From assembly GCA_965603825.1 (NCBI GenBank), contig CBFDEM010000024.1, positions 434,001-498,000 on the forward strand: a DNA stretch of 64,000 nucleotides, written 5' to 3'. Origin of the DNA: Blepharisma stoltei ATCC 30299 (lineage: Eukaryota > Protista > Ciliophora). Under the pieces are notes generated by a model. That model was not told the DNA's origin. It ran no database searches and saw only the letters and a list, made by a program, of their open reading frames with translations. Made by a program: the position numbers and the translations under genes. This document shows, in pieces, positions 1 to 11,036 of the stretch; positions within the stretch are counted from its first letter, which is position 1, and every line of letters starts with the position of its first letter.

Positions 1-460
1 CATTATTTTTCATGTAAGCTATATTAAAGTAAGTAAATTCTCCCATATCCTTATGAAAAGCCCATGTGTCTGAAGACAATGTTCTATAAAACTTTGGATT
101 TCTGCTCTTATTAGGAGCCTCTATATGAGGACCAAGAGGGGTAAATCTATTATATGGATATCCATCCTTACGCGAAGTGCCCATCATTTGGTCTTGCTTG
201 ACAAGCTTTGTTTTCCATAAATCACATGATTCGGTATTTTTATTGAAAATTTTTGCTCTGATGCTTGCATTTTGCAGCGAAGTTTGTGGGTCTAAAATTC
301 CACCTTTTTTGAGATCAGTTATTGACATTGATTTGTTGTTCAGGAAAGGAAAGATTTCTGTCCTTTGGAAAAATCCTTCTCCTGTAGATCTCAATGATCC
401 GAGAGCTCCTTGCTTGAGGTTAGTTGTATAAGCCAGTGGCAACCTTTCTTTTTCATACAT
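1..460 (-). CDS. Hypothetical protein, 3'-truncated by window edge
   Basis: ATG at 460 after an AT-rich leader; open frame MYEKERLPLAYTTNLKQGALGSLRSTGEGFFQ... runs to position 1 without a stop. Not in the ORF track. Confidence 0.75.
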   Translation of the reverse strand, partial: MYEKERLPLAYTTNLKQGALGSLRSTGEGFFQRTEIFPFLNNKSMSITDLKKGGILDPQTSLQNASIRAKIFNKNTESCDLWKTKLVKQDQMMGTSRKDGYPYNRFTPLGPHIEAPNKSRNPKFYRTLSSDTWAFHKDMGEFTYFNIAYMKNN

Positions 461-1064
461 TAGATTACTTATTAGCATTTTTTTGGTTGTACTCAGTGAG
501 TTAAATTAATTCAAAATACTACCAATTAAAAGAAATTGATAATATTCAATAAAAAGCTTTTCCCTGCGTTTAAAATAAAAGCATTTATAGGCTATTGAGA
601 CCAATAAAGCAGCGATGTATTATGAATTATTGCCATCAAGATACATCTATATAAATATATTTTCATCAGTATATGATTCAAAAAGAAATTCCTTTCATTA
701 ACTGAGTAAAAATAATGCAATAGAAGCCTGACTAACTCTTGTACATAATTGCGTAGGCACAGCTAAAAAATTTTTTAAAGCGATTATTTATTATTAAGAA
801 TTTAAAAATATATATATTTAATTTAGAAATAGTAAAAAATCTAATCAATTTTTAAATAGCTTCACGCTATAATTATTTATTTTGCATGATTAGTATCCGT
901 TTTATTTATATGCTTTTGAGAATTTATTATTCAACTAATTGAATTGCTTTAAGCTAAATAAATCTAGCAGCACTTAGGATTAACTTAATTCTATAACAAT
1001 ATAAGTGATTTTCAATGAAAAATAAACTGAAATAGATAAAGAAGAAAATTGTATATATATTCAC

Positions 1065-1619
1065 TTAAATTAGAACACATTTGCACTTGTTATTATGAAA
1101 ATCTTGAATCTGAGGGCCTAAAATACTAATTTGATATGTTTTACTGAGTTCTTCAACTTCTTCTATTGCCTTTTTCCCTCGATCATCGTTTTGCGATTTA
1201 TTTTTAGTTCTATTTAGCGCAAGTGCAATTTCTTGTACAGACTCTATTTGACTATTTATTTCTTGACCAGTTTTCTTCTTAGCAGATGTTTGATAGCCTT
1301 CCCTTATCATATTATAAATTTCCCAAAACTCTTCATTCCAAGAATCCTGATAGTCTGAGCCCAGTTCGTTAAATTTTGAAGTTGCTTCTCCAATAAGGTT
1401 TTGTGATGTCAAATCTTCGGCTTTCCTTGCAAGCTGATGCAAACCATTGATAATCGAATCTTCAAGAGCTATATATTGGTTTAAGAGAACTTCTAACTCG
1501 GCCCTGATGATATTAGGGACTTTGAGTTGGTCAACAATAGATTCTAAAACTATTAATCGGTCTTCTAAGTCATCTATATCTCCGATTTGAGTCTCCATAG
1601 TATCAGACAAGTCAGCCAT
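1065..1619 (-). CDS. Coiled-coil hypothetical protein with C-terminal CaaX motif (KCKCVLI)
   Basis: 184-aa ORF, ATG to TAA, heptad-like helical composition, ends CVLI. Confidence 0.7.
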   Translation of the reverse strand: MADLSDTMETQIGDIDDLEDRLIVLESIVDQLKVPNIIRAELEVLLNQYIALEDSIINGLHQLARKAEDLTSQNLIGEATSKFNELGSDYQDSWNEEFWEIYNMIREGYQTSAKKKTGQEINSQIESVQEIALALNRTKNKSQNDDRGKKAIEEVEELSKTYQISILGPQIQDFHNNKCKCVLI

Positions 1620-1924
1620 TAGGCAATAAAATAACTTTAATTAGAGAAGTATTCAAATCAAGGCTTATTCCATTAAGTGAAATGGCAAAATGTCTAAATT
1701 TATCCTTAAATTCAGATATATATCAGATTTTAATAAAATATGCACTCTTCATATAAGATATCATGATATTATTACTATCAAGTACGGTCTTTTATTTGCC
1801 TTAGAAAATAAATTCTTTATTTGAGGTTGCATAAAATATATCCTTATGTGAATAATATTTTTAAATCAATTTTCGAGATTTTTATATCTAATTTTAATTT
1901 TCTTTATGTAATTAATTGATGAGT

Positions 1925-3007
1925 TTAGTTCTCCAGAATACTATTCGCTCCCAATATTCTGCTACTCCATGATTGAAGCCTTCTCCATCTTGGAACATCA
2001 GGTAAGGCTTCAATTTTTTGTTCAGAGTCATTTTCTGGATTTGCTATTCTTGAGATTTTCGAAATTTGTGTCATAATTTGTGTAAGATCTTCTGAAAATG
2101 CTTTCATTTCAATCAAAAATTTCAAAATTTCATGAGCAGTCAGCTCTGTGTTTTGCAAAAGCAGCAAATGCTTGACCCATGGCGTTATTGATAATTTTAT
2201 AGGGCTTGCTAATGAAAAAATGTCTTCAACTAACGTCTTTACTAAGCCAAGTGACAATTCATTAGCTTTTAATAATTTAAAAGCCGATTGGATCACAGCT
2301 TCAGGAAATTTTATTATTTTGCTTTGAAGATGCAAAACTAGAATAGCCCATGGCTCTTCTTTCATTTTCGCTCTTAAAGCTGCAACAAAATGAGCTATTT
2401 TCCCTCTAAACTGTGCCAAATCTCCAGTAAAGGTGCTTTCTGCAAACTGTGCCAGCGAGTAGTTGTCATCAGTCACTCTTGACCTTTTCTCAAATTTGTC
2501 TATTAGCCCTAATATTTTTTCTTCCTTTGTAATATAGTTCTCGTACTGCTTTTTCCAATAATTTTCGGTAAGCCATATATATAAGCAATCAAGGCCTCTT
2601 GCTAAGACATAAAGTTGAGGCAGAGATCCATGTGTGGCATCATGTCTAAGGTCGACCAAAAATTCAGGCAATCCCATGGTTTTTGATGCCATTGAAACTG
2701 ATTTAGCGAATTTTGCATTTTGGTTAAGGTCACACAGCTGATTCACTATCCTTGCAATACACATTCCTAATGAAAGTCTGGCCACCTCAGTTGTCACAGA
2801 CAATATTTCAGGGAAATTGCATGTCCCAGTTAATTCTTTACAAACTTTTAAAATCGATCTTGTTGCGTCAACTCTCACTGGCAAAGGCATCCTTATAGCT
2901 CATATTTCAAGAATTTCAAGTGCTTTTTCTTTGTCTTCCTGTAAGAATTTCCATGCTTTTAATCATTCATCTCAATCTCTCCATGGCACTTTTTTAGGAG
3001 CTTCCAT
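1925..3007 (-). CDS. LAS1: Las1-like HEPN endoribonuclease (pre-rRNA ITS2 processing), 360 aa
   Basis: Extending the ORF upstream through TGA at 2972, 2963 and 2900 gives MEAPKKVPWRDWDEWLKAW...ALEILEIWAIRMPLP, the typical Las1 N-terminus. HEPN RxxxxH motif LRHDATH...LP present. Confidence 0.88.
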
Positions 3008-3031
3008 GATTTTTATGATTAAATCAATTAA

Positions 3032-3553
3032 TTATACTTCCGCTAAGTTATCGAGCTGTTCTTTGATTTTTCCAAGCATTCCCAACATGATTTCTACTCT
3101 TGACCTTGTTAGCTCAATTATTTCTTTTTTCCCTTCTATATTTAACTCTAATGATGCCCTCGGAATTCTTGGAGTTTTTTCTAGCCCAGAGCTAGCTGTA
3201 CGGATATCAATTCTCCAGTCATAAGAAGTCAACTTCGGCAAATTTGGCTGCTTGCTAACTTTTCTTAATTCATTTTCAAGCTCAAATAGCAAGGAGTTCA
3301 GCAGTTCCTTTAATTTTTCATGAAAATCAGCTGGATATTCAACACTCGACTCTTTCAAATAAACAATTGTGAGGTTTGTAATTGCAGATAGCAAAGAATT
3401 AAATTCATTATCTGTGAGCTCCATACTGCTTTGAATTTCTTGCAATATTCTGGGGATTGGAGGAGTTTGGCTTGCAAGTCTCACAAGAGTTTTCACTTGA
3501 TTTTTGGAAGTTGCTTTTAATAGGAAACGAAGTGATGAAAAATCAATCTCCAT
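3032..3553 (-). CDS. COMMD9: COMM domain-containing protein, COMMD9-like
   Basis: N-terminal LLKATSKNQVKTL, YPADFHEKLKELL and COMM core LPKLTSYDWRIDIRTASS...MLGMLGKIKEQL match COMMD9 as remembered. Confidence 0.8.
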   Translation of the reverse strand: MEIDFSSLRFLLKATSKNQVKTLVRLASQTPPIPRILQEIQSSMELTDNEFNSLLSAITNLTIVYLKESSVEYPADFHEKLKELLNSLLFELENELRKVSKQPNLPKLTSYDWRIDIRTASSGLEKTPRIPRASLELNIEGKKEIIELTRSRVEIMLGMLGKIKEQLDNLAEV

Positions 3554-3719
3554 CTTCTTAATATGAGAGAAAATATTCGGTTTTCATATTAAGATTTATT
3601 CCAAATAGGATTTTGCTTTAAAATTAAAGTATTTATAATTACAGATGCAAAAGTCCAATATAAGTTTATATTACAGCATTTTTTATTCATTAATGCTTCT
3701 CTATATTTTCGCTAAAATT

Positions 3720-6539
3720 CTAGCAGCTAGCTCGTCTGATTGCTATTCTTCCACTTAGCAGCTTCTGAGATCTAGCTTTTATAGCTTTCCTTTTAGTTTT
3801 CCTCTTGATTTTGTTTTCTTCTTTTTCAACTTCTTCTCATTTGTGAGTTGGCGAGCACTGAGGAGACAAAAATATTGTCCTTCTTTTTTCATATCCTCTT
3901 TTTGTTAAATACGAAGAAACTGTGCTTAACAAATTTTCAATTTGGCTGTTTGGATCCGAAAATTCTTGCTTAAGTCCTAAAAATTCATCTATTGAAGCAT
4001 TTTGACTCTGTAAACAATTTGTAGACTCTTGACTTGCAACAGATCCTTTATTTGATGCATATGCTTGCGATGAAACTGTTTTGGCACTTTCTTTTAAAAG
4101 CCTAACTGAGGAAATAATGCTATTTGAAGCGGAATTTGATTGCAATTTTGCACGTCTAAACAATCTTTTCTTACTTTTTATAGTTGTTTTACTTTTTGTC
4201 GTTGAAAGTCCAGAATTTTTATTAGAAGGAAAATTCCTTTTTTCAAAGCTTTCGATACTGTAATTATTATTTTTGGTTTTTCTCGGATCTAAATTTATAT
4301 CAATATGTAATATTTTTCCTGAAGTTAACGGTGAGCTGTATATTAGATCTTCGTTTAATTCTGGTGAATATACGTCTTCTAATTCTTCTGAAGAGCTTAA
4401 AAGGGGAGATGTTATATCTTCTTTATACTTCGTGTTAAAAAGCTCCATTCATCCAATAGGTAAAGGCTCTGAGCTGAAATAAGTGTCGTCTGGCATATAA
4501 ATTGATTTATATTTGGTAATATTGACTGGAAGTCTCCTAGGGTTAACTGTATGATCTTTTGCTAAGCCAAACACAAACTTTAAGGTCATAAAATGGGCTT
4601 GATGAGCAAATAAAGGAACTTCTCATAGCTGGGTAATTGAGTCTTTTTCTTCCATTTCACAGGAAAACAGCTTCAGAGGAGAAGAATCGCCAGTTGAAAC
4701 TATCTTAGTCTTATTTTCTGTTATCATTATATTCATTACTTCTGAGCTGCTTAGTGCTTTGGCATGGGCTACATCTTGTGTAAAAAAATAAAATAGTCTA
4801 GTCCTTCTCATCCTCAATTTATTAGGTTTGCGGAGTTTATGCGATAATTTTATGACGTGAGACTGCTCAAATATATTGAAATGGAGGTATAGATTGCGAT
4901 TTTTTCAGCCTTTGAAGTTTGAATATTCAATGTTTTTTAAATATATCAAAACTCGCCATTGCATTGCTGATGAAGGAAGAAATGGCGGATGCTCATACAC
5001 AAGTTTCCTGGTCAAATCTTCAGGTTTAATAGAAATATTTAGCTTTTTTGCCAATTTTGTTTCGATTTCCATTAGCTCATATTCCTGGAGAACTAGCAAG
5101 TGGCACATATTGCAGACTCTGACTCAATGGCTTAAAAAATCAACAGCAAGAGGTCTTATGTGGGAAAGTTTCAAAGACTTCCTGCCTGATTTTCTTGTGT
5201 GTCTTTTAAAAAGCAAAAGCATTTTATAAGGCAAAACATGTTCGAGCTCAAGCAGTTTGAAAGGAAGCAGGCACAATTTACAGTGCATTGAACTCAGTCT
5301 TTGTTCTCTCATTTCTTCTACTTCGTCTCGAATAGCAGCAGGAGATTTCAATTTTTCGTTTTCAATTCTTATTTCCCTAGATTTTAGCGCATTTTCGTCT
5401 AAATTGAATCCTTTACAGCCAATAAATCAGCATTTCCCATCTTTATCTTTTATAAAATCAAGTACAATTTCAGTAATTCTGACTGCATACGCATTCTGTA
5501 AAAATTCCACAATTTGTTTCGCATTTTTTTCTAGATCTAAAATAGCTTCTCCATGTATTGGGTATACATCAATGCCGTCAACTATTTCGCAGCACACAAG
5601 TATCTTTGTTTGAGAATATTTTTCCATAGCTCGATTGCTGCTTGTAATGTAGTATGCACAGGAAGCTTTATTGTCTTTGTTTTTGCTATTGAAAAAAAGT
5701 CTAATTAGACTAGGTCGATCACTATAGCTTTTTAGATATTTTTGAACCATTGTTCCGCTTAATAAGGTGCCTTTTAGTATCTTGTCAGAGAATTCAATAG
5801 AATTCAGAGGGTTAGCTTCCATTTCAGTAGTACTGATTGGATGTCTGAAGACAGCTATGATTGCTAAAGGATCATCTATGTTTCCTTTTAAATCAGCATT
5901 GACCTGAAACTTATTATAATCTTGAATTATTTTGGCTTTGCCTGTTCCTTCGTCAGTATAAATCCAATAAGTTAGAGAGTCTGCTATATAAAAAGTTGGA
6001 GGAATGTTGATATGAAGCAAAGAACAAGGGAATTTGGGGTTAGTCAGAAGGGCTTCATAAAAATAAAACCCAGGCTTAAAAGGAGATGTTACATATCTTG
6101 GATCATTTGCTTCAAATTTAATTTTCTTATAGGACTGCAAGTATTTTCTTTTGTAAAAAGCTTCTTGTTTTGCACGATACTCTTCTTGTCGTTTCATTTC
6201 TTGATCATATCTTTCATTGAGTTTTCTTTGACGTTCTAATGCTTTTAATTTTTCAAGTTCAGCATTTTGCTTTGAATAGTTGTCTTTCCAAGTCCTTTTA
6301 TCTACTGATTCTTCGTACTTTTGAAGACCGGTGTGTGTAATTATATCTTCTGAGTTCATTTGCTTAACAAACATTTCTTCAAATATAGGATTTTCATCAA
6401 GCCCTTGCTATATAAATTCTACCGGTATTGCAATTTCTTGTTTAGCCTCTGTTAGAAATACCTTTCCTGGAATGAGAGAGAGGGGAGAAGACTGTTTATT
6501 TGCTGAATTTAAATTGCTTCTATGACTAGTTGCATCCAT
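3720..6539 (-). CDS. Large hypothetical protein (~934 aa) with degenerate ATP-grasp-like segment and CxxC pair; one 15-nt intron
   Basis: Five track ORFs (5427-6374, 5124-5351, 4905-5108, 4623-4817, 3837-4448) share one frame and are separated only by TGA. ATG at 6539, intron 6408-6422, true stop TAG at 3720. Confidence 0.8.
6408..6422 (-). other. 15-nt spliceosomal intron GTAGAATTTATATAG
   Basis: GT-AG, A at position 10; removal deletes an in-frame TAG and links the upstream ATG. Confidence 0.8.
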
Positions 6540-6947
6540 TTATATCAAGATTTTTTATAGCAATTCCTGAAAAATGAAACTAAATTATTTGTCTTGTAAT
6601 TACTTTAGTAATAAATTCATAACGAATATTCTAACCCAACTTTTTAGATGGCGAGGAAATGTAAAGTCTCAGGATTTGAAGGGTGGCTAGACGCTGAATA
6701 CGCTGGAAACCTGGATAAATAGGTCGTTAAGGGACTGAAACGGGTATAAGCTCTTTTTATGTAAATGGAATGTAATATTTTTACTCAAATATTGCGTCCG
6801 TTGCAAATGCAGGCAATTCTTGATTTCTTTTATTCAATTTTCAATCGTTTTTTACTTTAAATAAAAGTAATCAGTAAAATTAAATTAACACTTAAAAATT
6901 CTTGGATATTTGGGGAAATGGAAATAAACCTCTAATAGGATCAATAT

Positions 6948-7493
6948 ATGAAGCCAACTAAAAAAGCTGTACAAGAAATCTCTTCTAAAATCCCTTATGC
7001 GACTTCAATTGCTCACTATTACAATCCTTCTAACAATTTTTTAAAGCGATTTGCTTGGAACATTCTTACAAGATATTACATAACCCAGATCAAAGGCACA
7101 TTTTTGGATTTTGATAAGAAAAGCTTTACAAATCAGGCAAAAGATATATACACAGGTGCATATAAAGCCTTATACAAAGGAGATAAAACAGATCTCAATA
7201 AAATGATGACTCACCCAAATTATGAATGCCTCAAATATTGCCAAAAGCTCAATACCAACCCTCCATTTACCATATATCCTGAAGTCAAGTCAGCCAAACT
7301 GGTTCAGGCATACATCACTTCTGAAAAAGGTGACAATATCAGTATTAACAACTTCGCACACATCACTGTGAAAATGACTTGTGAAGATGAAAATGGAAAT
7401 CAAATCACTCAAATTAATGTTTTCGAAAGGAGGCTCGATTCTACAAATAAGATGCCATGGAGAATCGCAATAATTGAAGATTATAACAAATAA
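6948..7493 (+). CDS. Tim44-like domain protein (mitoribosomal mL45/Mba1-like)
   Basis: FDKKSFTNQAKDIY...ALYKGDKTDL...FAHITVK...VFER...WRIA fits the Tim44/MRPL45 fold pattern. Confidence 0.65.
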   Translation: MKPTKKAVQEISSKIPYATSIAHYYNPSNNFLKRFAWNILTRYYITQIKGTFLDFDKKSFTNQAKDIYTGAYKALYKGDKTDLNKMMTHPNYECLKYCQKLNTNPPFTIYPEVKSAKLVQAYITSEKGDNISINNFAHITVKMTCEDENGNQITQINVFERRLDSTNKMPWRIAIIEDYNK

Positions 7494-8313
7494 TAAATTC
7501 AATAAGAAAAGAATTATTTTATGTGTAATATAATGAATGAGATTTGTTTGCCAGTTCATTGTTATAAGTGGAATATGCTAATATTTATCAGTCTTTTAGC
7601 GAAGCAATATATTAGCTTAACTATTCGGAGAAATCTTGCAATGTTAGTTTAATTTATAAGCAATGCTTTGTAGCCAATCGGAGATGCATAAAAGTATTTT
7701 TATTTAATAAACGTTTGTTATTAAAGTTTAATATTTGTGTTTTAGATAATAATAAATCAGAATCATTATTATTAATCAAAATATTTTATAAAAGTAGTTA
7801 TATAAAAATATATTTGATTAATAAGGATTAATTTTAAATAAATGTAAATTTTTCAATGATATCATTAAAGGAATCTTAAACAAATTAGCTTCAAAGAATT
7901 TAAAGCTTGAAAAATAATCCGGAGATTCTTCCAAATTTCCTATGAGAAAAACCTTTAAAATGCTGAATAAAATCTACGATAATTATTTGCTAAATATTTT
8001 AAAAGTATTTAGACTGCTAAAACAGAAATTAAAATATCAAAATTAGAAAGAAAGCATGGAACGATTCTTCATATATTCTGATTATATGTTTTATTGTGGA
8101 AATTAGTATAATCATTTTAAATAGCTTTGAGGCCGCTAAAGCACATGTATGACTTATTTAATTAAATTTTCTTAAATAATCCACTGTCTATCAGATATCT
8201 TTTAATCCTTTTCATTTGGCTAGGCCAAAGACGTTAAAATTAAATTAATTTTCTTTCAAAATTTTTGTGTATTTAAACTTTTATATATATAAATTTATCT
8301 GAATAAATATTGC

Positions 8314-9228
8314 ATGCACAGCATAAAGCATGGCCTAGCCCTGAAGGAATTAAATCCAAGAGCAGTTCCTGAAGAGCAAGATATACCGTTAAGATTGAAA
8401 AAGCTTCTAGAAAGCAACAAGCCCAAGAAAAGTGCAGAATTGCCCAAAAAGTTTATACAGACACAAGCTAAGCCAGCGAAGCCACAAGAGGTGAAAAAGA
8501 GTGAAAAACCAAAAGCAGAGAGCCCGAAGCAAGTGACTGATTTGTATAAAAAGCAATTGGAATATTCTCGAAACTATGAAGCCTACATGAGTGAGTCAAA
8601 ACAAGGGTTTACCAAAGATGATCTTTTTGATATCCCTAAGAAAAGCAGCGCCAATATTCCTGAGAAGCCCAAGCCTGACCCAAAACCCCAAAAAGATGTG
8701 GATGCACTTATAGCCCTCGCAATCCAAAAGAAAAAGAAGCGGACTAATGAGAAAGGTATTAAATTAAAGCACGGGCAAGGTCTTTTAAATGGCTACATGA
8801 TTTGGTGTGCAAGGTGCTCTAAAAACCATCCTAGCGATTTCCATCAGAAAGCAAAGACAATTAAAAGCACATCTACCCCTGCTCTTCCTATAAAAAGGGA
8901 TAGGCTTGAGGCGCCAATTATCAGTAAGCAAAAAGTGAGCAGCCCAGTTGACGAGTATAGCTATGAAGAGGAAGAAGAGTACGAAAACGAAGATGAGGAG
9001 TCTGACTTGGACGGGTTTATTGAAAGAGACGACTACCAAAACAATGTGTCAAAAATCGTCAGAAAAATGTATAATTATGATCCAACTAAATATAGAGACA
9101 TTGATCGATTACCAACAAGAGATATGGAAGTCGGAGCTGAGAGGATATTTAGAGAAGAAGATTACAGTGCGAAAATTGGCAGGTATGAAGATCGAAAAGA
9201 GTTTGAGAAGCTAAAACGAAGATATTAA
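8314..9228 (+). CDS. SPT2: SPT2-like chromatin protein / histone chaperone
   Basis: Acidic tract plus DLDGFIE..D...IVRKMYNYDP.KY...DMEVGAERIFREEDYSAKIGRYED, the SPT2 C-terminal domain. Also a CxxC..H....H motif. Confidence 0.8.
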   Translation: MHSIKHGLALKELNPRAVPEEQDIPLRLKKLLESNKPKKSAELPKKFIQTQAKPAKPQEVKKSEKPKAESPKQVTDLYKKQLEYSRNYEAYMSESKQGFTKDDLFDIPKKSSANIPEKPKPDPKPQKDVDALIALAIQKKKKRTNEKGIKLKHGQGLLNGYMIWCARCSKNHPSDFHQKAKTIKSTSTPALPIKRDRLEAPIISKQKVSSPVDEYSYEEEEEYENEDEESDLDGFIERDDYQNNVSKIVRKMYNYDPTKYRDIDRLPTRDMEVGAERIFREEDYSAKIGRYEDRKEFEKLKRRY

Positions 9229-9335
9229 TAATTTAGATTGGAGCTTATATTATCTTTAAATGCTTTGTATTTAAAATTAAATGATTAAGAGCTTGCTTAT
9301 CTTAATTTATTTGAATTGGTTTGCTTATAATAATT

Positions 9336-9554
9336 ATGTCAGATCAAGGTACTACTAAAAATGAATATCTCAGCAAAGAAGAGCTAATTGATCGAATTTT
9401 GCAATTGCAAGAAACCTTGCAGGAATTAACTGGCCGAATCGAAAGTGTTAGAAATGAAAACCAAAGTCTCCATGATGAAAATGTTGTCTTAAAAGAATAT
9501 ATTAACAATCTGATGGTCAAAGCAGGGAATCTTGGCTCAGAAAACCTCTCATAG
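9336..9554 (+). CDS. SCOC: Short coiled-coil protein (SCOC/Slo1 family)
   Basis: KEELIDRILQLQETLQELTGRIESVRNENQSLHDENVVLKEYINNLM matches the SCOC consensus. First ATG at 9336. Confidence 0.8.
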   Translation: MSDQGTTKNEYLSKEELIDRILQLQETLQELTGRIESVRNENQSLHDENVVLKEYINNLMVKAGNLGSENLS

Positions 9555-9796
9555 ATTGATTTTATAATCTAATTTCAAATAATCGCATAAAATTTCCTTT
9601 CTTAAAACTATTCACTTTATCAAAAGTCTCTTGAAAGATTGTACAGCAACAGATACTTTGTTTCATTTCTTATAACTAAAAACTGCAAAAATGTTTAATT
9701 GAGCTTAAGCGTCATTGCTCTCAATGAAAATTATGAGTTATTTTGATCTATTAAAAGTGGGAAAATATTAACTATAATATCACTTAACAGTCTTCT

Positions 9797-10911
9797 TTAT
9801 GGCGATATAGCCAACTCAGGTGAGCATTTAGCATTAGTATTTTTTTCCTTCCTTCTTATTGATTTATTTTCTTGAAAATTAAAAAATTTCGAAAAACTTG
9901 ATTCTAGCCTAGACTTAATCATTCCTATTGAATAAGATTTTTCAAAAACTTGCCCTTCTATATTCAAATCATTTTCTACAAGAAATCTCTTTGGAGACTT
10001 CTTGCTACACAAGACACCTAAAAAATTAGAACAAAATCCTCTTAAAGCATAAGGGTTATACTTCGGCTTTATCCACGTTTTCTTGATAAATTCTTTAGAT
10101 GTTTTTCCAATCAAAGCCAAATATGTGTGGAAAAAAGTCAGCCCTATTACAAATCATCCAATCTAAATAAAAAATACAAGCGAAATATACATCAAAAGCA
10201 CAATGCTTCCTCCAGCATTATCAATTGCCTTGGTAATTTGGTTTTTTATGCTCATATCTTTCGTATCACTCGAAATATCAATTAGATTTTTAACCACAAA
10301 AATAAAATTAAAAATAATCAGTGCTGTTGAGGAATATAAAAATCCTAAAAATGTTTTATAATTTCTTTTCCCTATGCAATTACCAAGCCAAGGGCAATGA
10401 TGATCGAATTTTTCTACACATAAATCACAATCAAAGCAGTGTGAAGCTCTAGGAGGCCTTAATATATAGCCTGAATAAGTGATACAAGTTTTGCAAAATT
10501 TCATTTTAGTTAGTCTTCCACAAAATGGGATTTCGAAATATGAGCTATCCATAGGAGATGGCTTTGAAGGTTCATTTTTTAGAGCGGTTGAGATAGTAGG
10601 AGACCCTTTAGGCCCTCTTGCAAAGGGAGGAATTTGTTTGGCTAAATATCCAGGATCTGATGTTGATGTTATAACCAAAAATGAAAGAGATCATATCATC
10701 AGCCATAAACTTATAATTGGAATTCAGCCGTCATTTTTATTAAATTTGTTTGCTGAGGTTGTTGCAAGAAATATAACTTCAGGGCATAAAATCATGATAA
10801 AAGTAATTATGGCCCGATGGTAATCAGGACTAATTTAAATTTACCCGACCATTATCTTGCCTTTGCAGATAAACTTGTTGTTTCCAGACCAAATTTTATT
10901 TGATTATACAT
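9797..10911 (-). CDS. DHHC palmitoyltransferase (Erf2/ZDHHC9-14-18-like); three 15-nt introns; start uncertain
   Basis: WSGNNKFICKGKIMVGPDY N-terminus and CKTCYILRPPRASHC..C..CVEKFDHHCPWLGNCIGKRNY after splicing 10830-10844, 10471-10485 and 10163-10177. The ATG at 10911 is 1 nt out of frame with the conserved N-terminus. Confidence 0.9.
10163..10177 (-). other. 15-nt intron GTATTTTTTATTTAG
   Basis: Removes an in-frame TAG and joins the DHHC TM3 and TM4 coding segments. Confidence 0.88.
10471..10485 (-). other. 15-nt stop-less intron GTATCACTTATTCAG
   Basis: Removal restores canonical CxxCxxxRPPRxSHC spacing; A at position 10. Confidence 0.8.
10830..10844 (-). other. 15-nt intron GTAAATTTAAATTAG
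   Basis: Removal restores the conserved GPD motif and deletes an in-frame TAA. Confidence 0.88.
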
Positions 10912-11036
10912 TAATTTAATGAAAATAAAATTTTTGTGCAAAGATTTATGATAAAAACTATAAGAAAATTTAGGCATCTAAGAAGACATCTAATCACTAT
11001 TATATAAATATAATAATTACATATATCAGTTTTTCG

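Noticed and set aside
6630-6760. Telomerase RNA identity for the GC-rich island (minus strand begins ATACCCG, like Tetrahymena TER)
   Set aside because: No ~1.5-repeat template for the heterotrich CCCTAACA telomere on either strand (only CCCTTAAC and CTAACCCAAC near-misses). Kept only as a generic ncRNA candidate.
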